64,000 nt of DNA from an uncultured Anaeroplasmataceae bacterium (GCA_910579215.1 CAJTTN010000006.1:57376-121375); one strand, 5' to 3'. Counted from the first letter of the stretch, positions 26,508 to 35,709 are shown. Notes: generated by a model not told the origin, from the letters alone. Program-made: numbers and translations.

Positions 26508-27737
26508 ATGTATTTGTGTATTGATATGAAATGCTTTTTTGCCTCAGTAGAATGTGCAGAGCGTGGCTTAAATCCTATGAATACTCCTTTACTTGTAGCG
26601 GACCCAGTAAGAGGCAAAGGAGCGCTATGTTTGGCAGTTAGTCCTTATTTAAAACAATTGGGAGTGAAAAATCGATGTAGATTATATGATATTCCGAATC
26701 ATATTCCTTACATAACAGCTAAACCTCGCATGAAAAAATATATTGAATATGCGGTGCTTATTCATCGAATATTTTTAAGATTTGTGGAGGCTTCTGATAT
26801 TCATACCTATAGTATAGATGAGGCTTTTATTGATGTTTCAGACTATTTGCATTTATATAATGGCGTTTCTGATATAGCTTTTCGTATAATGCGGAGTATT
26901 AAAGAAGAATTAGGCATTACATCGACCTGTGGGGCAGGAGAAAATTTGTTTTTAGCAAAAATTTCCTTAGATTTATTGTCTAAAAATAAATATCCTTATT
27001 TTCATTTTCTTTCCTTAGAAGAATTTTATAATAAAGTATGGTATCATAAAAATTTGAAAGATATCTGGCAAATAGGAAATGGAATTCAAAAAAGATTACA
27101 TCGGATGGGTATATATACCTTACATGATTTGGCAATGACAGATGTGGAAATACTAAAGAAAGAGTTTGGTGTTATAGGGTTAGATTTATATGAGCATTCT
27201 TGGGGAAAGGATGCTACTACAATAGCCGATATTAAGGGCTATGAGCCTCTTTCTAAGAGCTTTTCAAGAAATCAAATTTTAATGAGAGACTATACAAAAA
27301 AGGAAGCTTGGACACCATTAATTGAAATGCTATTTGTTTTATCTATTGAACTTATTGCTAAAAAAATAAAAGCTAGGCATCTTTCAATTTATATAGGGTA
27401 TAGTCATAATCAAGAATCCTATCATAAGAGCACTACACTTTATTTTTATACGGATGACTATTATTTTTTAAAAGAAGAGTTAAAAAAATTATATGAGCCC
27501 GTACCTAAAGGCGAAATAAGAAGAATTGGGATTTCTTTTTCAGATTTTATACAAAAGGGCAAAGAGCAGAATACTTTATTCTTTGAGAATAATGTAAAGC
27601 ATGAGCGATTAGAAAAAACAATACAAGAGATATGGCAGAAGCATGGAAAAAATCAGCTAGTTTTAGGAACATCCTTGTGTGAAGAATCAACCTTATTCGA
27701 AAGAAATAAACAAATAGGAGGACATAACAGTGAATGA
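26508..27737 (+). CDS. Y-family (translesion) DNA polymerase, UmuC/YqjW/UvrX-like
   Basis: IDMKCFFASVECAERGL (the Y-family D-x-x-FFA-xVE motif), YSIDEAFIDV, and a helix-hairpin-helix region IWQIGNGIQKRL. Confidence 0.88.
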   Translation: MYLCIDMKCFFASVECAERGLNPMNTPLLVADPVRGKGALCLAVSPYLKQLGVKNRCRLYDIPNHIPYITAKPRMKKYIEYAVLIHRIFLRFVEASDIHTYSIDEAFIDVSDYLHLYNGVSDIAFRIMRSIKEELGITSTCGAGENLFLAKISLDLLSKNKYPYFHFLSLEEFYNKVWYHKNLKDIWQIGNGIQKRLHRMGIYTLHDLAMTDVEILKKEFGVIGLDLYEHSWGKDATTIADIKGYEPLSKSFSRNQILMRDYTKKEAWTPLIEMLFVLSIELIAKKIKARHLSIYIGYSHNQESYHKSTTLYFYTDDYYFLKEELKKLYEPVPKGEIRRIGISFSDFIQKGKEQNTLFFENNVKHERLEKTIQEIWQKHGKNQLVLGTSLCEESTLFERNKQIGGHNSE

Positions 27738-28056
27738 TCGAGAAAGAAGAGCAGCAAAATATTTACCTTTTGATTCGTTAAAAGGACTAAAGGAAGCAAT
27801 AGATTTGGAGGACCATAAGTCCAATGGTAAGCTTAAGCTACCTACTATTACAGAAGAGGAAAAGCTTCAAATGAATCTTATTCTTTTTGAATGCTTCAGT
27901 AAAAATAGAGCGATACGGTTATTTTATTTGGAAGAAGGAGAGCTTTTAGAATATAGTGGAGTTATCAAAAATATAGATGTTTTAAATAAGCAAATTACAC
28001 TATTACCAAAAAAGAAATTTTCTATCGATTCTATCTATCGGTTAACCATAAAGTAA
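27730..28056 (+). CDS. YolD-like protein (UmuD functional-analogue family)
   Basis: 108 aa with an 8-nt overlap on the polymerase gene and a GTG start behind RBS aggagga. Size, position and the FDSLKGL / C-terminal beta region fit the YolD-like partners of Firmicute UmuC homologues. Confidence 0.6.
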   Translation: MNDRERRAAKYLPFDSLKGLKEAIDLEDHKSNGKLKLPTITEEEKLQMNLILFECFSKNRAIRLFYLEEGELLEYSGVIKNIDVLNKQITLLPKKKFSIDSIYRLTIK

Positions 28057-28082
28057 GGACTCAAAAGAGTCCTTTTCTCTTG
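28055..28082 (+). terminator. Rho-independent terminator
   Basis: Stem aaggactc / gagtcctt with loop aaaa, followed by ttctctt. Confidence 0.65.
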
Positions 28083-28132
28083 TAACTTTTTCAAAAAAAT
28101 GGTATGATAATGAACGATAGGAGCTGAGGGAT

Positions 28133-30016
28133 TTGTATGATGTTGTTGTTGTAGGTGGTGGTCATGCAGGCTGTGAAGCATGTTTGGCGACAAGCCAAAT
28201 GGGCTTTAAGACCCTACTAGTTACAGGTAATCTTAATATGTTGGGTTCCATGCCCTGCAATCCATCTATTGGTGGACCAGCAAAAGGAGTTGTGGTTCGT
28301 GAAATAGATGCACTTGGTGGATATATGGGGAAAAATGCAGATTTATGCCAAATCCAAACCAAAATGTTAAACAGCTCCAAAGGTCCTGCTGTGCGAGCAT
28401 TACGATTTCAAGAGGATAAGCTTTTGTATATGGAAATGATGAAAAAGCATTTAGAAGAACAAAAGCATTTGGAACTATTAGAAGGTATAGTAGAGGATAT
28501 CATTGTTGAAAATGATCAAGTTCAGGGTGTGGTTTTGGAAACAGGGAAAATAATACTTGCTAAAACTGTGATTTTAACTACAGGAACCTATTTAGATAGT
28601 CGCATTTTGCGTGGACATTGGACTTCTAAGGAAGGACCAGATGGGCAAAAGACCTCTAAAGGAATTTCTAATGCCTTACGTCGATTGGGATTTGAAATTC
28701 AAAGACTTAAAACAGGGACTCCACCACGTATTCAAGCCTCTTCTATTGATTTTTCAAAGGTCAAATTAGAACCGGGGGATGATAAGGTTTGGCAATTTAG
28801 TTTTGATAAGGGTTATCATTCTTTATTAAATACGAAAATCCCATGCTATTTAACCTATACTACTAAGGAAATTCATGACCTGATCATGAACAATTTGGAT
28901 CAATCAGCCATGTATGGAGGCATAGTAGAGGGAGTAGGTCCTAGATATTGTCCCTCCATAGAGGATAAGGTTGTTAAATTCAGTGATAAGGAAAGGCATC
29001 AAATCTTTTTTGAACCAGAATCTTTACAATTAGATCAAGAATATATACAAGGATTTTCAACTTCTATGCCTATAGAGATTCAAGATCAAATGATTCGCTT
29101 GCTTCCAGGCTTAGAAAACTGTAAGGTCATACGATATGCTTATGCAATAGAATATGATGCAATTAATCCTTTAGAAATCCATCCTAGCTTAGAAACAAAA
29201 CGAGTTCAGAATCTTTTTACTGCTGGACAAATCAATGGCACTTCTGGCTATGAGGAGGCTGCTGGTCAAGGGATAGTAGCGGGAATTAATGCAGGTAAAA
29301 AATTAAAAAATGAGGCTCCACTTATTTTGAAACGTGATGAAGCTTATATAGGTGTTATGATTGATGATTTGGTAACTAAGGGAACGAAGGAGCCTTATCG
29401 TTTGCTTACCTCTAGAGCAGAATATCGCTTATTATTGCGTCACGATAATGCGGATTTAAGATTAAGAGAATATGGATATGAGGCTGGTTTGATTAAAGAG
29501 GAAGACTTTCAGCTTCTTAAAAAAAAGAAGGCTTGTATTCTAAAGCTATGTCAAGAATTTAAAGTATTAAAAGTAAAACCTGTGGCTTATGTAAATGATA
29601 TTTTAAAAAGTGCTAATTCTGCACCTATTTCTGAAGGTGTTTCTCTTTATTCTTTATTAAAGCGTCCTGAAATATCCTATAAAATTATAGGAGAGCTTTA
29701 TCCGGAAATTCAGGTGGATTATCCTTATCCAGAGGAGGTCCTAGAGCAAGTGGAAATAGAAATTAAATATGAGGGGTATATCTCTAAATCCTTACTTCAA
29801 GCTCAAAGAATGCATAATTATGAAAGAAAAATAATTCCTGAAGATATTGATTATGATCTTGTAGATAATATCGCGATAGAAGCAAAAGAAAAGCTTAAAA
29901 AAATAAGACCCGTAACCATTGGACAGGCATCGCGAATAAGCGGTGTAAATCCTGCGGATATTTCTGTTTTGGTTGTTTATATAGAGCATTGGAAAAATCA
30001 AAGAGAGGCAAAATAG
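28133..30016 (+). CDS. mnmG: tRNA uridine 5-carboxymethylaminomethyl modification enzyme MnmG (GidA)
   Basis: FAD motif VVVVGGGHAGCEA, plus GPRYCPSIEDK, FAGQINGTSGYEEAA and a C-terminal GQASRISGVNPADI. TTG start. Confidence 0.96.
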   Translation: MYDVVVVGGGHAGCEACLATSQMGFKTLLVTGNLNMLGSMPCNPSIGGPAKGVVVREIDALGGYMGKNADLCQIQTKMLNSSKGPAVRALRFQEDKLLYMEMMKKHLEEQKHLELLEGIVEDIIVENDQVQGVVLETGKIILAKTVILTTGTYLDSRILRGHWTSKEGPDGQKTSKGISNALRRLGFEIQRLKTGTPPRIQASSIDFSKVKLEPGDDKVWQFSFDKGYHSLLNTKIPCYLTYTTKEIHDLIMNNLDQSAMYGGIVEGVGPRYCPSIEDKVVKFSDKERHQIFFEPESLQLDQEYIQGFSTSMPIEIQDQMIRLLPGLENCKVIRYAYAIEYDAINPLEIHPSLETKRVQNLFTAGQINGTSGYEEAAGQGIVAGINAGKKLKNEAPLILKRDEAYIGVMIDDLVTKGTKEPYRLLTSRAEYRLLLRHDNADLRLREYGYEAGLIKEEDFQLLKKKKACILKLCQEFKVLKVKPVAYVNDILKSANSAPISEGVSLYSLLKRPEISYKIIGELYPEIQVDYPYPEEVLEQVEIEIKYEGYISKSLLQAQRMHNYERKIIPEDIDYDLVDNIAIEAKEKLKKIRPVTIGQASRISGVNPADISVLVVYIEHWKNQREAK

Positions 30017-30017
30017 T

Positions 30018-30722
30018 ATGGATTTTGTAAAAGAAATAGAAGCATTAGGTATGACGATAACTAAAGAAAATTTAGAAAAATTTTCTATTTATTATGAAAC
30101 TTTAATTCAAGTAAATCAGGTTATGAATTTAACAGCTATTACGGAAAAGGATGAGGTATATCGTAAGCATTTTTTAGATTCCTTAGAAATTAAAAGAGTT
30201 TTACCAACCACTCCCTATTCCTTATGCGATGTTGGAAGTGGTGCTGGCTTTCCCTCAGTACCTTTAGCTATTTTAGATTCTAATATAAAAGTTACAATTA
30301 TTGATGCCTTAAATAAAAGAATTCAATTTTTAAATACATTAACTGAAAAATTAGATTTGGCGCATGTTTGTGCTATACATGCGCGAGCAGAGGATTACGT
30401 AAAAGAGAAAAGAGAAGCCTTTGATGTTGTTACTGCTCGGGCAGTTGCACGTCTTTCTATATTAGCTGAATTATGTCTTCCATTAACTAAGGTTGGTGGA
30501 CTATTTATAGCTATGAAGGGCTCTTCTGGAGAAGAAGAAATGAAAGAAGCTAACAGAGCTATTGAGCTACTAGGAGGAAGAGTAAAGGAAATAGTTTCCT
30601 TTACGTTACCTGATGAAGAAGAGATGCGTCAACTCATTGTAATAGAAAAGATTAAAGCAACACCACTTAAATATCCTAGAAGTTATGGAAAAATTAAGGA
30701 GAAACCATTATGTACGCTTTAA
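30018..30722 (+). CDS. rsmG: 16S rRNA (guanine527-N7)-methyltransferase RsmG (GidB)
   Basis: NLTAI...HFLDS, the SAM motif DVGSGAGFP, VTARAVA, and its position after mnmG. Confidence 0.93.
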   Translation: MDFVKEIEALGMTITKENLEKFSIYYETLIQVNQVMNLTAITEKDEVYRKHFLDSLEIKRVLPTTPYSLCDVGSGAGFPSVPLAILDSNIKVTIIDALNKRIQFLNTLTEKLDLAHVCAIHARAEDYVKEKREAFDVVTARAVARLSILAELCLPLTKVGGLFIAMKGSSGEEEMKEANRAIELLGGRVKEIVSFTLPDEEEMRQLIVIEKIKATPLKYPRSYGKIKEKPLCTL

Positions 30723-30874
30723 ATGATATTATTAAGACAAGGAAGCCTCATGTCTGTGGGTGTAATAGCTGGAGAGTTCTACGTATTGGTGCTGATATAA
30801 AGCTAGAATGCTGTGAATGTAAAAGGGTGATTATGCTTGCCTCTTATGAGCTAGATAAAAGGATAAAAAAGTAA
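30710..30874 (+). CDS. DUF951 family small protein (54 aa); not in the ORF track
   Basis: My own translation: MYALNDIIKTRKPHVCGCNSWRVLRIGADIKLECCECKRVIMLASYELDKRIKK. The motif KPH.CG...W...R.GADI...C..C is the DUF951 pattern commonly found next to gidB in Firmicutes. It overlaps the rsmG 3' end by 13 nt. Confidence 0.75.
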   Translation: MYALNDIIKTRKPHVCGCNSWRVLRIGADIKLECCECKRVIMLASYELDKRIKK

Positions 30875-30875
30875 A

Positions 30876-30910
30876 GGTGTCAAGAAAAAATACTTGACAC
30901 CATTTTATTT
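30876..30910 (+). terminator. Rho-independent terminator
   Basis: Stem ggtgtcaag / cttgacacc followed by attttatttt. The 3' arm also supplies the -35 of the rpsP promoter. Confidence 0.7.
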
Positions 30911-30921
30911 TATGTTATAAT
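30894..30921 (+). promoter_or_regulatory. Sigma-A type promoter for rpsP
   Basis: TTGACA-16 nt-TATAAT with TGt extended -10. Confidence 0.6.
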
Positions 30922-30958
30922 ATATAACGTATATTGAAAAAGAAGGAGTGTAATTATC

Positions 30959-31207
30959 ATGGTAAAAATTAGATTACAAAGATTTGGTGCACATAAGGCT
31001 CCTAAATATCGTATTGTTGCTGCTGATTCCAGATCACCTCGTGATGGTAAATTCCTAGAAATTTTAGGAACTTATAATCCATTAACTGAACCTGCAACAA
31101 TCACATTGGATGCTGAAAAGGTAACTAAATGGTTAGCAAATGGTGCACAACCAACAGTCACTGTAAAAAATATATTAGAAGCAAACAATATCAAGACTAC
31201 TAAGTAA
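30959..31207 (+). CDS. rpsP: 30S ribosomal protein S16
   Basis: [41 protein letters not shown] is the S16 signature. Confidence 0.97.
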   Translation: MVKIRLQRFGAHKAPKYRIVAADSRSPRDGKFLEILGTYNPLTEPATITLDAEKVTKWLANGAQPTVTVKNILEANNIKTTK

Positions 31208-31217
31208 GAGGTGGGCG

Positions 31218-31463
31218 ATGATAAAGTTTGAAGAGTTAATTAAGAATTTAATTCTTCCTTTGGTAGCTTATCCTGAAGATGTTGAAATTATTAAGGTGAA
31301 AGATGAAGCAGAAGATCTTGAATTTCAGGTGAAGATTAACCCTAATGATTTTGGTAGAGTTATTGGTAAGGATGGCTATATAGCAAGAGCAATTCGTACA
31401 ATTCTTTATGCAGGCGCTTCAAAAGAAGGAAAAAGAATTCACTTAGATATTAATAGTAAATAA
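31218..31463 (+). CDS. KH domain RNA-binding protein (YlqC/UPF0109)
   Basis: GRVIGKDGYIARAIRTIL is a KH GxxG motif. 81 aa, at the conserved position after rpsP. Confidence 0.88.
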   Translation: MIKFEELIKNLILPLVAYPEDVEIIKVKDEAEDLEFQVKINPNDFGRVIGKDGYIARAIRTILYAGASKEGKRIHLDINSK

Positions 31464-31493
31464 AAATAGGTATATATTTTTAAGAAGATTAGG

Positions 31494-31528
31494 TTCACTT
31501 TGGATAAAGTGGGCTTTTTCTTTTTTTT
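31494..31528 (+). terminator. Probable intrinsic terminator
   Basis: Weak AT-rich stem cacttt / aaagtg, followed by gctttttctttttttt. Confidence 0.45.
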
Positions 31529-31560
31529 ACTAATTATTGCTAAAATAAGAAAGGTCAAAA

Positions 31561-31610
31561 AAATCTTTATAAATCTTTATAAATTTTTATGAATTTTGTT
31601 GAATTTTTAT
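31561..31610 (+). repeat. Five tandem 10-bp A/T-tract units (helically phased)
   Basis: aaatctttat aaatctttat aaatttttat gaattttgtt gaatttttat. The exact 10-bp periodicity runs into the -35 of the downstream promoter. Confidence 0.8.
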
Positions 31611-31627
31611 TAATTATCGTATATAAT
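31599..31627 (+). promoter_or_regulatory. Sigma-A type promoter of the ORF125-NfeD-stomatin operon
   Basis: TTGAAT-17 nt-TATAAT, 24 nt upstream of the ATG at 31651. Confidence 0.6.
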
Positions 31628-31650
31628 ACCATTATAAGGAGGTAAATAAT

Positions 31651-32028
31651 ATGCTAGAATTTTTCGAATATGATGATTCTAACGGTTATGCAAGTGTTTA
31701 TGATAGTCATATTACCCTTAATAAAACACTTCTAAAATATCTTAAGGATGCATATCGTGTTAGAGTAGCAGTAGATAAGGTTAAGGATAATATTCATATT
31801 TATGTGATCAATAAGGATTATGCATTAAGTGGTGAATTAAAGGAATCCTCTTTATTACCTGTTTCTATTTCTAAATCCTATGCAAGAATCTGTTCTAGAC
31901 CATTAATAGAGTATATTTCTAATGTTTTTGGCCTAACGATTGCTAAAAAAGAATTTAAAAGATTTAAGGCGTGTTATGATGATGTAAAACAGGTTATACT
32001 AATAGATATGAAAGGAGAGGTATCCTAA
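31651..32028 (+). CDS. Hypothetical cytoplasmic protein (125 aa)
   Basis: RBS aaggaggt upstream. The stop overlaps the NfeD start (taATG). No TM segment and no family recognised. Confidence 0.55.
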   Translation: MLEFFEYDDSNGYASVYDSHITLNKTLLKYLKDAYRVRVAVDKVKDNIHIYVINKDYALSGELKESSLLPVSISKSYARICSRPLIEYISNVFGLTIAKKEFKRFKACYDDVKQVILIDMKGEVS

Positions 32029-32471
32029 TGGAAGCTTATATGGTTTGGATTTGGCTGAGTGCCTTTATTATCACTCTTGTTATAGAATCCATAACACAGG
32101 ATTTAGTAGCAGTGTGGTTTTCTCTAGGTTCAATTATTGCTTTAATATTATCAGCCTTTCCAGCAATTGATTGGTATATTGAGGTCGTTGTTTTTGCTGT
32201 GGTTTCTTTCTTGTCTTTAGGCTTGACTAGACCATTTGCTAAAAAATTATTATTTAATGCTACTAGATATACTAATGTTGATGAATTTGTAGGGAAAAGG
32301 GTAAAGGTTATTTCTGACATTTCAAAGTATGAGAATGGAGAAGTAAAAATTCATGATATTATTTATAATGCAAGTCTAATGGAGGAAGAGACGGAAACCA
32401 TTCATAAGGATGAAATTGTAGAAATTGTGACCTTGAAGGGGAACAAAGTAGTAGTAAGAAAAATTCAGTAA
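32028..32471 (+). CDS. NfeD family membrane protein
   Basis: Three N-terminal TM helices plus a C-terminal OB-fold-like segment (GKRVKVISDI...GEVKIHDIIYNA...IVEIVTLKGNKVVVRK), located directly upstream of an SPFH gene. Confidence 0.8.
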   Translation: MEAYMVWIWLSAFIITLVIESITQDLVAVWFSLGSIIALILSAFPAIDWYIEVVVFAVVSFLSLGLTRPFAKKLLFNATRYTNVDEFVGKRVKVISDISKYENGEVKIHDIIYNASLMEEETETIHKDEIVEIVTLKGNKVVVRKIQ

Positions 32472-32492
32472 AGGAAAGGAATAGTTTAATAT

Positions 32493-33434
32493 ATGAATAC
32501 AGGAATTATTGTTGCTATTGTATGTAGTGTAATTTTAGTTGTTATTGTTATTTTATTGATTACGAGAATAAAAATTGTTCGTCAAACACAGAAGTTGATT
32601 GTTGAGCGTTTAGGGGCCTATCACGCTACGTGGTCTGTAGGATTTCATTTCTTGGTACCATTTATTGATCGTGTAGCTCAGGTAGTATCTATGAAGGAGC
32701 AGGTTAACGATTTTGATCCACAGCCTGTGATTACAAAAGATAATGTTACTATGCAAATTGATACCGTGGTTTTCTTTCAGGTTACAGATCCAAAGCTATA
32801 TTCCTATGGTGTAGAAAATCCAATTGCCGCTTTAGAAAACTTATCTTCTACAACTTTACGTAATATTATTGGTGAATTAGATTTGGATGAAACTTTAACT
32901 TCACGAGATATTATAAATACAAAGATGAGATCTATTCTAGATGAAGCAACAGATCCTTGGGGTATTAAGGTTAATCGTGTAGAGGTTAAAAATATTTTAC
33001 CACCAAAGGATATTCGAGATGCTATGGAGCGTCAAATGCGTGCTGAGCGTGAACGTCGTGAGAAAATTTTGCTTGCAGAAGGTGAAAAAAGAAGTCAAAT
33101 ACTTCAAGCAGAGGGAGAAAAAGAATCTCAAATCTTAAGAGCAGAGGCAGAAAAGGAAGCCACAATTAAAAAGGCAGAAGCAGAGGCAGCTGCAATTCTT
33201 AAGGTAAGAACAGCAGAGGCTGAAGGTGTTAGACTTACTCGTCAGGCACAAGCAGAAGGATATAGAATGCTAGTAGATGCAGGCTTAACAAAAGAGGTTT
33301 TAGCAATTAAATCCTTTGAAGCTCTAGAGAAGGTTGCTGATGGGCAGTCTACTAAACTAATCATTCCATCTGATATGCAAAATTTAGCTGCTACTATTGC
33401 AAGTTTAGCAGAGGTTGTTAAGGATAAGAAATAA
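32493..33434 (+). CDS. SPFH/band-7 protein, stomatin (QmcA/slipin)-like
   Basis: N-terminal TM helix, SPFH core (IVERLGAYH..., ITKDNVTMQIDTVVFFQVTDP, RNIIGELDLDETLTSRD, WGIKVNRVEVKNI), and an EA-rich coiled-coil tail. Confidence 0.9.
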   Translation: MNTGIIVAIVCSVILVVIVILLITRIKIVRQTQKLIVERLGAYHATWSVGFHFLVPFIDRVAQVVSMKEQVNDFDPQPVITKDNVTMQIDTVVFFQVTDPKLYSYGVENPIAALENLSSTTLRNIIGELDLDETLTSRDIINTKMRSILDEATDPWGIKVNRVEVKNILPPKDIRDAMERQMRAERERREKILLAEGEKRSQILQAEGEKESQILRAEAEKEATIKKAEAEAAAILKVRTAEAEGVRLTRQAQAEGYRMLVDAGLTKEVLAIKSFEALEKVADGQSTKLIIPSDMQNLAATIASLAEVVKDKK

Positions 33435-33445
33435 GAAATCAAATG

Positions 33446-33476
33446 ATGCCAAGTGTAAAACCTGGCATTTTTTTGT
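33446..33476 (+). terminator. Rho-independent terminator
   Basis: Stem atgcca / tggcat with an 11-nt loop, followed by tttttttg. Confidence 0.6.
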
Positions 33477-33569
33477 CTTTAAAAACTTGTATTATTTATT
33501 TTTGACAAAAAATGGTAAAATTTACCAATTTATGATATAATGAATAACATAAATCATAAGAGGTCAAAA

Positions 33570-34892
33570 ATGAAAAAGAAATATTTAGAACTAGATGTCT
33601 ATGAAAGCCTAATGAATAGATTAAAATTTATATTTGAAGAATTTGAAAATATTTTTGTTTCTTTTTCTGGTGGAAAGGATAGCGGACTTTTATTAAATTT
33701 AGTTTTAGATTATAAAAGAAAGTATTATCCAGAACGTGTAATAGGTGTTTTTCATCAGGATTTTGAAGCACAATATGACTATACAACTAAATATGTAGAA
33801 AGTACCTTTGAGCGAATAAAAAATGAGGCAGAGCTCTATTGGGTTTGTCTTCCAATGGCTACTAGAACGGCGCTAAGTAGCTATGAAATGTATTGGTATC
33901 CTTGGGATGATAGGCTTCAAGACATTTGGGTAAGACCTCTACCTCAGCATGAATATGTTATTTCATTAGAAAACAATCCTATTACGACTTATAAATATAA
34001 AATGCATCAAGAGGATTTGGCAAAGCAATTTGGAAGATGGTACCGCGCAGTGCATGGAGAAACGTCTACAATATGCTTATTAGGAATTCGTGCTGATGAA
34101 TCCCTACATCGTTACAGTGGATTTTTAAATAAAAAAAAGGGATATAAGCATAAATGCTATATCACACAGCAATTTAAAAATGTATGGTGTGCCTCTCCTT
34201 TATATGATTGGAGTGTTCAGGATGTTTGGCATGCAATAGCGATGCTAGGATATGATTATAATCCTTTGTATGATATTTTTTATCAGGTTGGACTTAAGCC
34301 CTCTATGATGAGAGTTGCCTCTCCATTTAATGATTATGCAAAGGACAGCCTGAATTATTATAGAGTTATTGAACCTGAGACCTGGACAAAGCTTTTAGGT
34401 CGTGTACAGGGTGTTAATTTTGCAGGTATTTATGGTAGAACTAAGGCCTTAGGGTATAGGAGTGTTACCTTACCTGAAGGACATACTTGGGAATCCTATA
34501 CAAAGTTTTTACTTGCCACCTTACCAACAAGAATTAGAAATGGATATTTGAAAAAATTTAAAACCTCTATCGATTTTTGGCATAATGTTGGTGGAGGCTT
34601 AGAAGAATCCACCATTCAAGAATTAGAGGAAAAAGGATATAATATTCAAAGAAATGGTGTTTCAAACTATACTATATTTAAAAATACTAGAATAATTTTT
34701 ATAGGTAAAATACCTGACCATACCGATGACATCAAATCCTCTCGTGATATACCTTCGTGGAAAAGAATGTGCTATTGTATTTTGAAAAATGATCATTTAT
34801 GTAGAAGTATGGGATTTGGTTTGACTAGAGATCAACAAAGAAATTTAGATGTTATAAAGCAAAAATATCTTGCTTTGGAGGAAATAGAATGA
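33570..34892 (+). CDS. ibrA: IbrA-like protein: PAPS-reductase/PP-loop ATP pyrophosphatase domain plus DUF3440-like C-terminal domain
   Basis: PP-loop VSFSGGKDSGLLL near the N-terminus. GIRADES corresponds to the PAPS-reductase/DndC-type block. A long C-terminal extension follows. The start was taken at the ATG with RBS aagagg; the track start at 33540 overlaps a TATAAT. Confidence 0.75.
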   Translation: MKKKYLELDVYESLMNRLKFIFEEFENIFVSFSGGKDSGLLLNLVLDYKRKYYPERVIGVFHQDFEAQYDYTTKYVESTFERIKNEAELYWVCLPMATRTALSSYEMYWYPWDDRLQDIWVRPLPQHEYVISLENNPITTYKYKMHQEDLAKQFGRWYRAVHGETSTICLLGIRADESLHRYSGFLNKKKGYKHKCYITQQFKNVWCASPLYDWSVQDVWHAIAMLGYDYNPLYDIFYQVGLKPSMMRVASPFNDYAKDSLNYYRVIEPETWTKLLGRVQGVNFAGIYGRTKALGYRSVTLPEGHTWESYTKFLLATLPTRIRNGYLKKFKTSIDFWHNVGGGLEESTIQELEEKGYNIQRNGVSNYTIFKNTRIIFIGKIPDHTDDIKSSRDIPSWKRMCYCILKNDHLCRSMGFGLTRDQQRNLDVIKQKYLALEEIE

Positions 34893-35455
34893 GTTCAAAA
34901 AGTCCAGTTTATAAAATTAAGGCAGTTCCAATAGAGAAAATTAATCCTAATTCCTATAATCCTAATTCTGTGGCACCACCAGAAATGAGATTACTTTATG
35001 ATAGTATCAAAGAGGATGGGTATACGATGCCTATCGTTTGTTACTATAATCCAGAGGATGATACATATATCATAGTCGATGGATTTCATAGATATAGAGT
35101 TATGCTTGATTATAAGGATATTTATGAGCGAGAGGGAGGCTGTCTTCCTGTAACTGTAATAGATAAGCCCTTAGATAAACGTATGGCTAGTACAATTCGA
35201 CATAATCGTGCAAGAGGCTCTCATAATGTTGATTTGATGAGTAATATAGTTAGTGAATTGCATGAATTGGGAAGATCTGATGCTTGGATATGTAAGCATT
35301 TAGGTATGCAAAAAGATGAGGTTTTAAGACTAAAACAAATTACAGGATTAGCATCTTTATTTAAGGATATAGACTTTAGTAAGGGCTGGATTCCAGAAGA
35401 TGATTTTGAAACGGAATTTAAGCAATTGGAAGCAGCGTATGTAAATAGAAAATAG
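34889..35455 (+). CDS. ibrB: IbrB-like ParB/sulfiredoxin-fold protein
   Basis: ParB N-terminal domain motifs: IEKINPNSYNPN, IVDGFHRYRV (DGxHR) and IRHNRARGSH. ATGA overlap with the upstream gene. Confidence 0.75.
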   Translation: MSSKSPVYKIKAVPIEKINPNSYNPNSVAPPEMRLLYDSIKEDGYTMPIVCYYNPEDDTYIIVDGFHRYRVMLDYKDIYEREGGCLPVTVIDKPLDKRMASTIRHNRARGSHNVDLMSNIVSELHELGRSDAWICKHLGMQKDEVLRLKQITGLASLFKDIDFSKGWIPEDDFETEFKQLEAAYVNRK

Positions 35456-35578
35456 TTTATTTCTTAAATTAAATTTTAATAAGGTTATCTATAGTGAACC
35501 CAATTATTTTTATCTTAAGGAATTAAGAGAAGATAATTGTGATTTTATAATGTAGGGAACAATAGAAAATAAAGCTAA

Positions 35579-35607
35579 TAAAAACAAAAAAAGCCAATCA
35601 TCTGGCT
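35579..35607 (-). terminator. Rho-independent terminator of the tRNA pair
   Basis: Minus strand: stem AGCCA / TGGCT with a 6-nt loop, followed by TTTTTTTGTTTTT. Confidence 0.65.
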
Positions 35608-35618
35608 ATTATTAACTA

Positions 35619-35695
35619 TGGCGCACCCTAGAGGATTCGAACCCCTAACCTTTTGATCCGTAGTCAAACGATCTATCCAATTGATCTAAGGGTGC
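35619..35695 (-). tRNA. tRNA-Arg (anticodon ACG), CCA encoded
   Basis: The reverse complement folds by hand as a cloverleaf. Acceptor GCACCCT/AGGGTGC, D stem GATC/GATC, anticodon stem TTTGA/TCAAA with loop CTACGGA, T arm AGGGG-TTCGAAT-CCTCT, then G-CCA. Confidence 0.92.
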
Positions 35696-35709
35696 ATATG
35701 ATTTATTTT

